The position numbers and the translations under genes are program-made. From positions 1,178,001 to 1,242,000 of the forward strand of contig CM026548.1 of assembly GCA_014905635.1 (NCBI GenBank): DNA of 64,000 bases, written 5' to 3'. This DNA is from Scenedesmus sp. PABB004. Taxonomy: Eukaryota. Below, piece by piece: positions 1 through 12,527 of this stretch (positions are counted from its first letter, which is position 1; every line of letters begins with the position of its first letter). The notes under the pieces are model-generated. The model did not search any database. It was given only the letters and a program-made list of their open reading frames with translations, and was not told the DNA's origin.

Positions 1-1078
1 GGGGACGGGCGGGTCGGCGGTCCACGGCCGCCGCATGCTGTGCGGCGCGCCAACACGAGCGTGCGCGCGCGCGCGCGCGCTCACCGATGTGCATCGCCGC
101 GTACGGCACGCAGGTCATCTCGTTGTGCAGCACAACTTCCTGGTTCGTCTGGTTGTCTGTGCAGTCCAGCTCTGAGTCGGAGGAGCCGTCCCCCGCGCTG
201 TCCACCCAGAGGGGATCATCGTCGTCCTCTTTTTCGCTCGGAGCAGACGTGGTGGCGCCTGCAGCGGCTTGGAGCCCCGGCGCCTGCGCACCGTCGTCGA
301 CGCCACCGTCCAGGCTCATGTCCTTGTAAGCCAGCGCCAGCGCCAACGCGGTGTCGCCTGCGCGCGGCGGGGCTGAGCGCGTGCGGCGGGAGCGGGCGCG
401 GCGCGCGGCGCCAGCGCCGCGCCGGCAGCGCCGCGCGCCGGCAGCGCGCCGCCGCGGCCCCGGCGCCTGCGCACCGTCGTCCGCGTCGCCGCCCTCGGCC
501 ATGTCGGCGTACGCCATCGCCACGGCCAGCGCGGTGTCGGCTGCGGCGGCCCTCAGGGTCAGCGCGGCGGGAGCGCGGCGTGCGGCGGCTGCGCGGCGCC
601 GCCGCGGCCCGGCGCCTGCGCACCATCGTCGACGCCACCTTCCAGGCTCATGTCCTTGTAAGCCAGCGCCAACGCGGTGTCGCCTGCGCGCGGCGGGGCT
701 GAGCGCGTGCGGCGGGAGCGGGCGCGGCGCGCGGCGCCAGCGCCGCGCCGGCAGCGCCGCGCGCCGGCAGCGCGCCGCCGCGGCCCCGGCGCCTGCGCAC
801 CGTCGTCCGCGTCGCCGCCCTCGGCCATGTCGGCGTACGCCATCGCCACGGCCAGCGCGGTGTCGGCTGCGGCGGCCCTCAGGGTCAGCGCGGCGGGAGC
901 GCGGCGTGCGGCGGCTGCGCGGCGCCGCCGCGGCCCGGCGCCTGCGGAACGCACCATCCTCGGCCTCTTCTGCCGTCACGGCGTGCGGGTAGCTCTCCTC
1001 GCCGGGCTGGCCGGCCACGACAAGCAGCAGCAGCGCCAACGCTGTCAACACGCATGCGCGGCACGGGGAAGCCTCCAT
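1..1078 (-). CDS. Secreted protein with four acidic ~21-aa repeat exons (3' end runs off window)
   Basis: ATG at 1078 gives MEASPCRACVLTALALLLLVVAG (signal-peptide-like). Phase-1 GT-AG exons encode ADTALAVAMAYADMAEGGDADD and GDTALALAYKDMSLEGGVDD twice each, then SEKEDDDDPLWVDSAGDGSSDSELDCTDNQ...YAAMHI before a GTGAG donor near 84. Confidence 0.6.
   Translation of the reverse strand, partial: MEASPCRACVLTALALLLLVVAGQPGEESYPHAVTAEEAEDGAFRRRRAAAAPRSRRTPRSRRADPEGRRSRHRAGRGDGVRRHGRGRRRGRRCAGAGAAAARCRRAALPARRWRRAPRPLPPHALSPAARRRHRVGAGLQGHEPGRWRRRWCAGAGPRRRRAAAARRAPAALTLRAAAADTALAVAMAYADMAEGGDADDGAQAPGPRRRAAGARRCRRGAGAARRARSRRTRSAPPRAGDTALALALAYKDMSLDGGVDDGAQAPGLQAAAGATTSAPSEKEDDDDPLWVDSAGDGSSDSELDCTDNQTNQEVVLHNEMTCVPYAAMHIGERARARARSCWRAAQHAAAVDRRPARP
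279..945. repeat. ~330-bp tandem duplication (two exons plus two introns per unit)
   Basis: Near-identical copies at ~279-610 and ~611-945. The period is 332/326 bp because of a 6-bp indel. Confidence 0.92.
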
Positions 1079-2403
1079 AGCGCCTGGCAGTGAGGCACGC
1101 GGAGGGCTTCAATCGATGGCAGCGGCGGAGCGCGCGCGAGGGGGCGTGTGGTGGCGGGGGAGCCCATGGCGCGCTTTTGCGCCAAAATGCGTCGCACCAT
1201 CGATCGGAGCCCCCCGCGTGCCTTACCGCCGGCACGAACTCGCGACGGTCAATCGTGAGCGCAGCTCAGCGTGGCTCCGGGCCCACCACCAGCGTGCCGG
1301 CAGGCCAAGCTGTCGCGGGCCGCCGCGCGCCCAAGTCGCAGCGCGCTGCTGCGTGTGACTGGGCGCGCCCGCGCCATCGCGCCGGCCGGGGCGCCCTCCA
1401 GGCCGCCAGCGCGCGGCGCTGGCGGCGCCGCCAGCGCGCGGCGCTGGCGGCGCCGCCAGCGCGAGACCGGGCTCGGGTGGGGCGCGGCGCGGGGTGGCGC
1501 TGCATGGTGCAGCTTGACCGACGCTCGGCGCCGTGCAGGGCAAGCCGCTGAGGCGCTGGGCTTTGACCCAGAGTCTGGGTCCCAGACCGCACCGAGTGCC
1601 GCGCGCGGCCCAGGCGCGCGCAGGCGGAGCGGTCGCTGTCGCCCGCTGCGGTGCACGCGGCGGCTGCAAGCGCGCGCTGACCAGCTGTTGCCCTGGCTCG
1701 CCGGCCGGCTGCGCTGGCGGACGCGGCCAGGGCGCCGTCGCCAGCAGCCAACACCAGGACCCGGGCGCCGGCGGTGCTGCTGCTGGCGCACCAGCTGCTG
1801 GCGCACCAGCTGCTGGCCCAGCCGGGCTGGGCCAGCCCCCAGGCGTGGCAGCGCAGCATCGCCGGACTGGCGGTGCAGCGAGGACTCGTGCGATTGAACG
1901 TTTGCGGCGGTCAGCGCGGCGCATTGCGAGTGCCGCAGTCGCCGCGCTGGCTGAGTCGCTCTCTCCGTGCGCGCCGGGCAGCGTTCAGGTGCGCTGAGAG
2001 CCGAGCGCGCACAGGGGCTGACGCCGAGCGCTGCCGGCGCGCCGCACCGGCGCCGCCGCGCCGCGCGCCGCGCTGCGCGCCGCCGCGTGTGGCGGGCAGC
2101 GCGCCTGGGCGCGTGCAGCGCGGACCGTAACGGAGAGCTTTGTGGCGGCACGCGCTGCGCTTGCAGCGGTCTGCGCGCGTGGAGCCGGGCGGGCACCTGC
2201 GGCCAGGTCCAGGTCTCGGCGCCCGTTGAGGGGCGTCGCAGCGCGCGGCCCGCCGGCGCCAACGGACGTCGGCCCACCACCAGCGACTGCGCCCAGCGGC
2301 TGCACGCACACTGCCGCACGCACGAAGGCTGCCACCGCCACCCGGCGCCACCGGCACCACCAAACACCCCCGCAGCTCTCGGCGCGGAGCGCGGTGAACG
2401 CGC

Positions 2404-5393
2404 ATGGACGGCCGCGCCAGCGTGCGGCTCGCGCCAGACCGCGGCAAGGCCCTTGCACCGGCGTACAGCTCGCTGGCGAGCGCGCCCCTTGCGCTCGCCG
2501 GCTGGCAGCTGCGGATCGGCACCGTGCTGGCCGAGGCGCTGGCCGTGACGTCGTGCGGGCCGTGCGTGCTGCGGCGCGTGCTGGGCCGCGCGCTGCCCCG
2601 ACTGCGCCAGGTGCGCCGGCAGCAGCGGCGCCGCGCTGCCGCCGCGCGCGGCCGGTCCCTGACCCCTGCGCGCCCCGCAGGCTCTGGATGAGGACACCTT
2701 CTCCGAGTCGCCGAGGCGCGCAGCGCGGCGGGGCCGCGCGTGCTGGTCGCCGCGCGCGGCTGCCAGACCAGCGCCGGCAGCTGCGCGCTCACGCGCCGAC
2801 CGCCCGCGCGCAGGGCGAGCGGGCCGCCGCCCGACTGGCCGGGCCTGGAGGAGGAGGTGGTGGTGGCCTCTCTGGACGCGCATGTGCGCCTCGAAGCAGC
2901 GCTGCGCAGCCTCGACCACGCGGGCACGACGCTCGTGTCGACGGCGTCCAACTGCCGCCCCACCGTGCTCGACTACCATACTGAGTATGAGAGCGGTGCG
3001 CGCGGCCACGCAGCGCCAGGCCCGCCGCCGGCGCCTCGCCCCGGCCCGCACGCGCCGGCGGCGCTCGCCGGCGGCGCGCCACCACGCACCCGCGCGCCGC
3101 GCCCGCGCCGCACCCGCGCCGCCGCCGCCCCCCAGGCATGGTCACGCCGACGGAGGTGGCGGAGCGGCTGATCGCCTTCCTGGAGCGGCACAACCCCAGG
3201 GAGCGCTGGCTGACCGCGTGGGACGCGGCCGACATCCGCGCGCAGGCGGCCGCGGCGGCCGCGCGCTACGCGGCGGGCGCGTCGCTCTCGGTGTTCGACG
3301 GCGTGCCGTTTGTGGTGAAGGACCTGCTGCCCGCGCTGCCCTACCCCACGACGTGCGGCACGGCGTTCATGACGTGAGCCGCCGCGCGGCGCAGCGCGGG
3401 AGCCCGGCGCCGCGGCGCCCGGCGCCGCCGGCGCGCGAACGAGCCGCCCCTGGCCCCGCCGCCGCAGCGAGCCGGCCGCCGCCGACGCGCCGTGCGTGTC
3501 GGTGCTGCGGGAGATGGGCGCGGTGCTGCTGGGCAAGTCGGCGCTCAACGAGTTTGGCTGCCTCGCGCACGGCTGCAACGCGCACGCCGGCAGCACGCGC
3601 AACCCGCACGACGGCTCGCGCCTCGCCGGCGGCAGCAGCGCCGGCTCGTGCGCCGCGGTCGCGGCGGGGCTGGTGCCGGTCGCCATCGGCACCGACGGCG
3701 GTGGCTCCTGCCGCATCCCCGCCAGCTACTGCGGCGTGGTCGGGCTCAAGCCCACGCTTGGCCGCCTCGCAGACGACCACGGTGTGGCCCGCGCCGTCCA
3801 GGGGCCCGCGGCCCGCACGCACTCGTCTCGGCGCCCTGCACCGAGCCTCGCCCCCCCCCCCCCACACACACACACCGCCGCCGCCGCGGCCGCGCGCAGC
3901 GGCGCACGGCGGCCGCACCAGCCTCATCGTCAGCGGGCCGATCGCTGGCAGCGTCGCCGACGCGGCGCTGCTGTACGCGCTCATGGCAAACGTCGGCTAC
4001 GGCGACGGCGGCGACGGCGGCGACGGCGGCGCGCCGCGCCGCGCGCTGGGCCTGCCGCGCGCGCTGCTGCCGCTGCGGCCGGGCGCGGCGGTCAACGGCG
4101 AGCGCGTCATGGAGGGGCTGCGCCCGCTGGAGGGGCTGCGTCTGGGCGTGATGCGCGAGGTGCGCACGTGTGTATGCATGTTTGTGTGTGTGGGGGGGGG
4201 GCAGCGCGGCGGCGGGTCCTCGCGCGACGGCGCCGGCGACGCCGCCGCTTGCCCGCGCGTGCTGCGCAGTGGGCCGACGACTGCGCGCCGGGCGTGCGCG
4301 ACGTGGTGCGCGCCGCGCTCGCGGCGCTCGAGGGCGCGGGCGCGGCGGTCGTGGAGGTGGCGATCCCGGAGCTGGACCTCGCCGCTGTGGCGCACCTGGT
4401 CACCTGGGCCAAGGAGGTGCAGGCCGACGGCGCGGCGCAGGGCTGGCTGCGCGACTGGGCGCTGCGCCGGCAGCTAAACTGCGACACCCGCCTCTTCGTC
4501 GCCTCGGGCGCCGCGCTGACAGACGCCGACTACGCGCAGGCCCAGGTGCGGCCGGGGGGGGGGGGGGGCGCCCGCCCCGCGCGCGCGCCCGCCCGGCGGC
4601 CGCGCGCACCAGCCGCGGCGCCCGCCCACGGCGCGCCCACGGCCGCCGCCGCCCCGCCCCGCACCCCGCGTCGTCGCTGCCGCGCGCTCAGCGCATCCGC
4701 ACGCGCGTGCTGCGCCACTTTGAGGCCGCGTTTGAGGCCTGCGACGTCATCGTCACGCCCGCGACGCCCCACGTCGCGCCGCGCATGCCGCGCGAGGCCG
4801 ACACCACGGGTGCGTCGCGCCGCGCCACGCCGCGGGCCTCGCCCACGCGGCGCTGCCGGCCGGGCTGCGCGCGGCGCGGCGTCGAGCCCCGCGCCACCGC
4901 CGCCGCCCCCGCTGCTCACAGGGGTGTATGACCCGCCGGCCAACCTCGCGGCGTGCCGCTTCACGCAGGCTGCCAACCTGACGGGCCTCCCCGGGCTTGT
5001 CGTGCCCGCGGGGCGCCAGGCGGGCGTGGCGATGCCTGTCGGGTGAGCGCGCGCGCGCACGCGCCGCGCCGCCGCCGCCACCCCTGCCGCCGCCCCGACT
5101 GCAGAGCCCCTCACGCCGCCTCGCCGCCGCCGCGGCGCCCACCGACCCGCCCGCCCGCCCTAAACCCTCACCCCACCAGCCTCCAGCTCATGGGCCGGCC
5201 ATGGGCCGAGTCGACGCTGCTGCGCACCGCCGCGGCGCTGGAGCAGGCCCTGCTGGAGGCTGGTCAGCCGCACCCTCTGCCGGGGCTGCTGATCAACCCC
5301 ATCGCCTGCGCCAAGGGCGTGCACCCGCTCGCGCGCAAGCTCACCGAGCGCGTCTGGGCAAAGCGCTATCGCGGCGGCGGCGGCGGCGACTGA
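2404..5393 (+). CDS. Amidase signature family, fatty acid amide hydrolase-like (multi-exon)
   Basis: Exons give [27 protein letters not shown] (catalytic Lys), [65 protein letters not shown] and [14 protein letters not shown]. Stop at 5393. Confidence 0.9.
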
Positions 5394-6043
5394 GGCGCGC
5401 TGGCGCTTGCGCGCGCGACGGACGACGATGGACTGCGCTGTGCGCGCGCGCGGGGCTGGACCCGGGCTGTCTGCTCGCCTGCACTGTCTGCTCCTCACAC
5501 TGCACTGCGCGAGGCATGGGGCGCGGCCGAGCGAGTGGCCACGGGCGGGGCTGTGCTGATCGTCAAGGAGCGAGGGGGGAGGGGGATTGCGATGGCGACG
5601 AGATTGGCGGGACTCGTGTTGTTCTTGCAGCGGGGATTGCGCTGCGGCGGCGACGCAGCGCGCGCGTGTTTGCGCGGCGCGGTCTAAACCCACGTGCGAC
5701 CGGCGGCGGCCTCCCGCACTCCACGGGCAGATCGCAGTGGACTGCCGCCCGCACCGACCCCAGCCGCCCCCCACGATCACCGCCGCTGCCGCGCCCGCTG
5801 CTGCTGCTGCCGCGCCGCGCCGCACAGCTCGGGCGCACCCTGCGGCCTCGCCGCGCCTCACCGTAGCTCCAGGGGACGCGATAACACCGCCCTTCGCCGG
5901 ACACGCCCGCGCGGCCAGCCCACGCGCGAGGCGGGGCCCCCCACATCAGCGGCGCCGGCGGCGGCGCCCGCGGCCCGCCCGGGCCCCCGCGGCGGCCCGC
6001 TCCGGGCCCTCGGCCCGCGGTAGCCTCCCGCTCTCGGGCCAGC

Positions 6044-8363
6044 ATGGCGGACGATGAGCTGGGCCTCTTTGGCTCCGACGACGACGAGCAGCAGCAGCAG
6101 CCGGCGGCGGCGGCGCCGCCGTCGCCGTCGCCCGGCGGCGAGGAGGCCGGCGGCGCCGACGCCGGCGCCGGCGACGCCGACGGCGACGACGGCGCGGCGC
6201 GCGCGCAGGCGGAGTACGAGGCGGGGCTGGAGGACGACATGGACGAGGATGAGCCGCCCGCCGGCGCGCGCGGGGCAGCGGACGGCGGCGGCGGCGCCGC
6301 GCCGGACGAGGATGACCTCTTTGGCGGTCCCGACGACGACGACGACGACGACGCCCCGGGCGCGGCGCCGCCGGCCGAGGCGGAGGCGCGCGGGCCGCCC
6401 ATCGACGTCCACGCGCCGCTGCTGCCGCGGTGCGCGGCCGCGGCCCCCGCGCCCTCGGCAGCACACCCCCTGCCGTGCCGACGCCGCGCCGCGCCGCCCG
6501 CCGCGCCGCGCCGCGCCACGCCGCCCGCCGCGCCGCGCCGCGCCGCGCCGCGCCGACGCCGCGCGCCGCGCGCCGCGCCTCAGGCCGCCGCCGGGGCGCG
6601 TGGTCGTGATGCGGCTGCCCAACGTGCTGCGCATCGACCCGCGGCCGTACGACCCCGAGGCCTTTGACGGCGGCGCCGAGGAGTATGTGGACGAGCGCGG
6701 CGTGACGCGCGTGCGGCCGCGCGACATCAACGTCATCCGCTGGCGATACAGGTGCGGGGGGGGGGGGGGGCTGCGCGTGCTGCTGGTCCTTGCTTGTGTG
6801 TGCGGTGTGTGTGTGTGTGTGGGGGGGGGGGGTGCGCGCTTGCTCGGGCGTGGGTGTGAGTGAGTTGCAGGGACGGGCGCTGCGGCGGCGGCCGACGCGC
6901 CGCGCCGGCGCGCGCGCCGACGCAGGCCCGGCGGCGGCGAGGGCGGCGCGCCGGCGCGCGAGTCCAACGCCCGCTACGTGCGCTGGAGCGACGGCAGCGA
7001 GGGCATCCTCCTGGGCGACGAGGTGCTGGACGTCACGCGCCAGGCCGCCGCGCGCGCGCACAGCTACCTCTTTGCCGTGCGGTGCGTTGCCTGCGCCCGG
7101 GGGGGGGGGGGGGGCAGCGCGCGCCGGGGCGGCGCGTGCCGCGGCTGCTGCCGAGGGGCCTGCGCGGCACAGGGCGGGGCCGGTCCGCCGCGCCGCCGCG
7201 TCCCGAGCCCCGACCTCGACCGTCGGACCCGCGCCACCGCCGCCGCCGCCTGCAACCGACAGGTACGACACGATCGAGGGCCAGGCGCACCTCGACCAGC
7301 GCGTGACCGTCACGCCCGCGAGCCTCGACTCCAAGCTGCACAAGCGCCTCAAAATGACCGTCACGCAGGCCGCGCACCGCGCCGACAAGGCGCGCCGCGC
7401 CGCGGCGCCGCAGCCCCGGCGCGCGCCCAGCGCCCTCGCGCGTCCCCCGGCCCAACACCGCTGCCCCCCTCCCACACACACACACACACTCACACACCCA
7501 CGCCCGCACACGCTCACACGCCCACACACCCACCCGCCCACACCCAGGTGCGCATGCACTATGCCTCCAAAAACCCGGAGCTCGAAAAGGCCGAGAAGGA
7601 AAAGGCCGCGGCCGAGGCGGCGCAGCTCAAGTGCGCGCCGCCGCGCCGCCGCTGCGAGCTTGCCGCGTGCTGCGCCGGCTGTACGCGTGCGTGCGCCCGC
7701 GCCCGCACTGGCGGCTGACAGGCCCCGCGCGCCGCCCGCGCCTCCCTCGCAGGGCCGCGCGCGAGCGCGCCGCGGGGCGCGCCGCGCCGCGGCCGCGGCG
7801 GCCCGCCTTCACCGCGGCGTACCTGGAGGAGGACGGGGCGGAGGCCTACGACGCATACGACGGCGGCGCCTACGGCTCGGGTGCGGCGGGCCGGGCCGTG
7901 CGGCCGCGCGCGCCGGCCGCCCCGCGCCCGCCGCGCTGCGGTGGGGCGGCGCCGGCACGGGGCGGCGCTCACGCAGTCGCGCGCGCCCCCGCGCGCCCCC
8001 GCGCAGGCGACGAGGAGCAGGAGGAGGAGCTGGCGCGGCGGGGCGCAGACGAGGACGCCGAGGTGCGGCGCGCGCCGCGTGCTGTGCACGGCGGCGCGCC
8101 GTCACAGCACGCCCGCCCCGGCCGCCCGCCCGACGGCCCACGCGCGCCGCGGCCGCGCCGCGCAGGCCGAGGCCGCGCAGCGCCTGCGCAGCGCCAAGCG
8201 CGCCAGCCCGCCGCCGCTGGGCGGCGGCCGCAAGCGCGGCGGCCGCGAGAGCGACGAGGACGAGCCGGACGAGCCCGCGCCGCCGCCGGCCGAGGAGCGC
8301 GCGGCGGCGGCGCCCGGCATCACCGTGCGGCGCGGCGTGCTGCTGGACGACGACGACGACTGA
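6044..8363 (+). CDS. LEO1: RNA polymerase-associated protein LEO1 (PAF1 complex)
   Basis: Acidic N-terminus MADDELGLFGSDDDE, then Leo1 motifs MRLPNVLRIDPRPYDPEAF, NVIRWR, ESNARYVRWSDGSEGILLGDEVLDV and PASLDSKLHKRL. Ends ...VLLDDDDD*. Confidence 0.9.
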
Positions 8364-8631
8364 GCGGCGGCCGCAGCAGGCGCGGCGGTGGCGCCTGCGA
8401 CACGCCTGTCGCAAAAACCCCGAAGCGCGGGCGCCGGCGTTGGCCTCGGGCTGTGTTGCGATCGAGTGCGCTGCGCGGTAATCGCGCCTGCCGCCGGGAG
8501 TTCAAGCCGCCGCAGCCTCGATCCGCGCGAGAGTGAGCCGGCAGCGGCAGCAGCACTCTCTGCTGGGAGCGGCGGCGCATCTCCCTCCTGCAGCAGCGTG
8601 CTCGCCCGCGGGGCGGGCATCGCGCTCCGAC

Positions 8632-10990
8632 ATGAGCTCGGTTCAGAGCCACGGCGCCGGCAGGGAGCAGCACGCGCACGGCGCCGCCGCCGAGCACGCT
8701 CACGGCAGCGGCGCCGTCGACCCGGCGCTCAGCGGCAGCTGGCGCCAGCGCACGCCGTTCCTGGGCCGCAGCGGGGCCAGCAGTCGGTTGTGCTCCGCCG
8801 ACCACGTGATCACCGTTGCCGACCCGTCCCGGCGCTCGGGTGCGGGCGAGCTGCTGCGGCCGCCGCGCCCCGCGCGGCGCCGCCGCCGACGCCCCCGCGC
8901 GCGCCGCGCCCGCAGTGCCCGGCTCGCCGTCGCCCGGCCGCGCCACGCCGTCGCCGCCGCCGCTGCCGCCCTGGGCGGCGGCCGGCAGCGACGCGGAGGC
9001 CGCGGCAGCGGCGCGCGCGGCGAGCGCGGCGAGCACGGCCAGCAGCGAGGTCGACGGCGGCGGTGACCTCTCCGCGCCGCTGCTGCAGCACGACCACGGC
9101 GCGGCGCAGTTTGCGGCGACCGCGGCGGCGCGCGCGCAGGCCGCCGCCGTCGCGTTGGCGCTGGCCGCGGCGTCGTCGGGCAGCCGCGAGCACCTCGAGC
9201 GCGCGGCGGGGCCCTTCAAGGGCAGCTTTGTGGACCTCGCCGGCCCGGGCGCCGCGGTCGCAGCGGCGGCCGAGGCGGCCGGCGGCGCGCTGCCGGCCGG
9301 CGGCGAGCAGCAGCGGCGCTTCCAGCGGCAGCTCGCGTTTGCGTACAGCCTCAGCTGGCTGGTCAAGTGAGCGGCGCGCGCGGCTCGTTGCCCCGCCGCC
9401 GCGACCGTCGAGCGCAGCACTCCCTCGCTCGCTCTCACTCTCTCTCTCTCTTTCTCTCTGTTGCACGCGCACCGCCGCTGCGCAGCATCCTGCTGCTGGT
9501 CGCCAAGCTCTATGCCTTCTGGGTCAGCCAGAGCAAGGCGGTGCTCGCGTCGGCGGCCGACAGCGCGGTCGACCTGGTGCGCCGCGCCGCGGCGCCGCGC
9601 CCGGGCAGCACGCGGGGCCGCGGCGCGGCGCGGCGGCGGCGCGAGCGCGCCCGCGCGGCTCCGCGGTGGGCGCGCCCGCAGGTGAGCCAGATGGTCATTG
9701 CCTACACAGACTGGAAGATCAAGCGCCAGGACCCCCGCTTCCCCGTCGGCCAGGCCCGGCTCGAGGCGATCGGCGTGCTCGCCTGTGAGCGGCGCGGCGC
9801 GGCGCGCTGCGCGCGCTGCGCGCGCTGCGCGCGCTGCGCGCGCTGCGCGCTGCGTGGCCAGCTGGCGGCGGGCGGCGCGGGTGGCACGGGCGCGGGCGCC
9901 GCGCGCGACCGTGGCGCGCCGCCGCCGCCGCAGGCGCGTGCATCATGTCTGTTGCCAGCTTCGAGGTCATCAGCGAGTCGGTGCAGGTGCTGGTCGAAGC
10001 GTACATCACGGGTGCGCCCGCCCGCGCGCGCGCGCGCCACGCTCGCGCCGCCCCCGCTCCCGCGCGCGCCCCCTGGGCCGGCGGCGGCCGCTCGCTCGCG
10101 ACCGACTGCTCCCTCCGCCGCCGCCGCGCTGGCACGGCGCCCCGCCAGGCGAGGCGCCGGTGCTCAACCTGGGGCTGGTCATGTATGTGGTGCTCGGCAC
10201 CGCGACCGGCCTCAAGGGCGTCTGCTGGGCGGTCTGCGCGGCGCTGCAGGGCCGCAGCGACAGCATGCTCGCGCTCGCCGAGGTGACCGCCGCGCCGCGC
10301 CGCGCCGCGCCGCGCCGCGCCGCGCGCGGCCCGCCGCCGCCGACGGCGCGCGCCGGTCAGCCAGCCGGTGGCTGCAGCCACACCAAATTACCACGCTCAA
10401 AGCCAAGCTCACGCCCAAAACCGCGCCCGTGCCCTACCTTAAAACCCCCTCGCAGGACCACCTGAACGACATCTTCAGCAACCTCACCGCCATCGCGACC
10501 GCGGTGCTCGCCGGCGTGCTGCCCGGCGGATGGTGGGTCGACCCGAGCGGCGCGATCGCGATCAGCGCCTACATCGTGGTCCGCTGGCTCGCGATCGCCA
10601 AGCAGCAGGCGAGCACAAGCACAGCGCGCGCGCGTGCCGCCGCCGCGAGATCTCCTGCCGCGCGCGCGGGAGCGCGCCCGCCGGCCCCGGCCGCCGCGCC
10701 CGGGCCCCGCGCCGCCCGGCACACGCTTGACGCGCGCGGCCGCGCGCGCCGCTCTGCGCCGCGCCGCGCCGTGCCAGGTGGACAAGATCGTTGGGCGCGG
10801 CGCGCCGGCGCTGTTCATTGAGCAGCTCGAGGCGCTCGCCAACAGCCACCACGAGGCCATGGGCCTGGACGTGATCCGGGCGTACCACTTTGGCGCGCGG
10901 TGCGCGGCCGGCCGCCTACGGCCGCAACGGCCGTCCAAGGGGGCGCCCGCGGCCAGCGGTCAGGCCGCCCACGCAACCTCCCTCCCCCCC

Positions 10991-11021
<31 letters not shown>

Positions 11022-11022
11022 C

Positions 11023-11077
<55 letters not shown>

Positions 11078-11557
11078 GCACCCCTCTCACCACCACCCGC
11101 CCGCCCGCAGGTACATCGTTGAGATGGAGGTCCTGCTGCCCGCGACCATGAGCGTGCGCGACTCGCACGACATCAGCCTCGACCTGCAGCACAAGGCGCG
11201 GCTGCGGCGGCGGCGGCTGCAGGGCGCGGCTGCGCTGGCGGCCACGGGGCCGCGCGCCCTGCAAGCGCCGTGGCGGCGAGGGCGGCGCCGCGCCGCCGCC
11301 GCCGCGCCGCCGGGCGCGCTCACCGCGCCGCGCCGCGCGCGCGCGTGGGCGCGCGTGTGGGTGCGCCGCAGGTGGAGATGCTGGACGAGGTGGAGCGCGC
11401 GTTCATCCACGTGGACTATGAGCGCCGCGACGGCCTGGAGCACAAGGTGGAGCGCGAGCTCGCGCTCGCGAGCGCGCGTGAGCTCTCCGCGCAGGGCAGC
11501 GGCAGCGCCGGCGGCGCGCGCCACGCCGACGTGCTCGGCTCGCTCGAGGCCGCGTGA
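8632..11557 (+). CDS. Cation diffusion facilitator, Mn-CDF / metal tolerance protein (MTP8-11-like)
   Basis: TM exons with ASAADSAVDL (DxxxD), FPVGQARLEAIG, DHLNDIFSN, WVDPSGAIAIS, IRAYHFG, DSHDISLDLQHK and EVERAFIHVDYE. Short His-rich N-terminus. Confidence 0.9.
10990..11072. repeat. (CT)n microsatellite in MTP intron
   Basis: Direct reading. Confidence 0.95.
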
Positions 11558-12086
11558 GCGCGGCGCGCGGCACGGGAGCGGCCTGCCAGCGAGAGAGACC
11601 GTGGGTCGTGTGTGGGAGGGGGCGGGGGAGGGGGCTGAGCTGAGCGGCGGCGCGTGGGAGTGGGGAGCCGCAGTGACCAGCGACTGGACTGCCACCGCCC
11701 GGGCGCCTCGCCTTGTTTGGGCGGCTCGCCATCTGGCTGCTTGTGGGGCCGGCGGCGGACGGGCGCGTGACCCCCTGGTGAAGTCCCTGGAGCCCCCGAT
11801 CACGGCGCGATGACCGCAAACCGCCGCGGTTCTTAGACCTCGCGCCGCCGCTACTTGTGCTGCTCGTGCGCGCCCAGGCCCGCCAGTCGCCCCTCCACGC
11901 GCACGAGCACGCCGCCCACGCCCCCGCATCCAGCCGGCCGTCCAGCGACCGTCCAGCGCCGGCAGCAGCAGCAGCATCTCTCGCAAGCAGCTGGCCCGCC
12001 TGCGACCGCAGCAGTCGCAGCCACCGCCACCTGCGACCGCAGCAGCAGCAGCAGCAGAGCGACCGGCGCCTGCGACCGCAGCAGCG

Positions 12087-12527
12087 ATGGCGCCGCTGCC
12101 GCCGCTCGACGACGCTGCCTTCCTGGGCGCCGCGCGCGTGACGGCGGCGTTCCTGCTGCTCATCGCCGCCGCACTGATACGGCAGGGCGTCACGCGCACC
12201 TCGCACCAGCTGGCCGCCAAGAAGGCTGGCAAGAAGTATGTGAGAGCTGAGGACCGGACCCTGCTGCCCCTCGACCGCACCGTGGGCAACTTTTTGGAGT
12301 GGGGGCCCGTCTTCTTGGGCTTTTTCTGGGTGTCGATCTTCATCACTGGCGGCGCGACCATCACCGCGGGCTGGGTCTACGTCGCCGCGCGCGCGGCCTA
12401 CCCCTTTGCGGCTGCGTGGGGCGGCGTCAACTCAGGCGGGGCCGCGCCGCCCATCCTGGTCGCGACCGTGCCGGCATACTTGGCGCTCGGCGTCATCGCG
12501 GCGCCCGTGCTGCGCGCCGTGCTGTGA
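12087..12527 (+). CDS. MAPEG family membrane protein (single exon, 146 aa)
   Basis: Hydrophobic helices with DRTVGNFLEWGPVF (RxxxNxxE) and GWVYVAARAAY. Confidence 0.8.
   Translation: MAPLPPLDDAAFLGAARVTAAFLLLIAAALIRQGVTRTSHQLAAKKAGKKYVRAEDRTLLPLDRTVGNFLEWGPVFLGFFWVSIFITGGATITAGWVYVAARAAYPFAAAWGGVNSGGAAPPILVATVPAYLALGVIAAPVLRAVL

Noticed and set aside
279..945. CRISPR-like repeat/spacer appearance
   Set aside because: The units are duplicated exons and introns with no unique spacers, the context is eukaryotic, and no cas genes are present.
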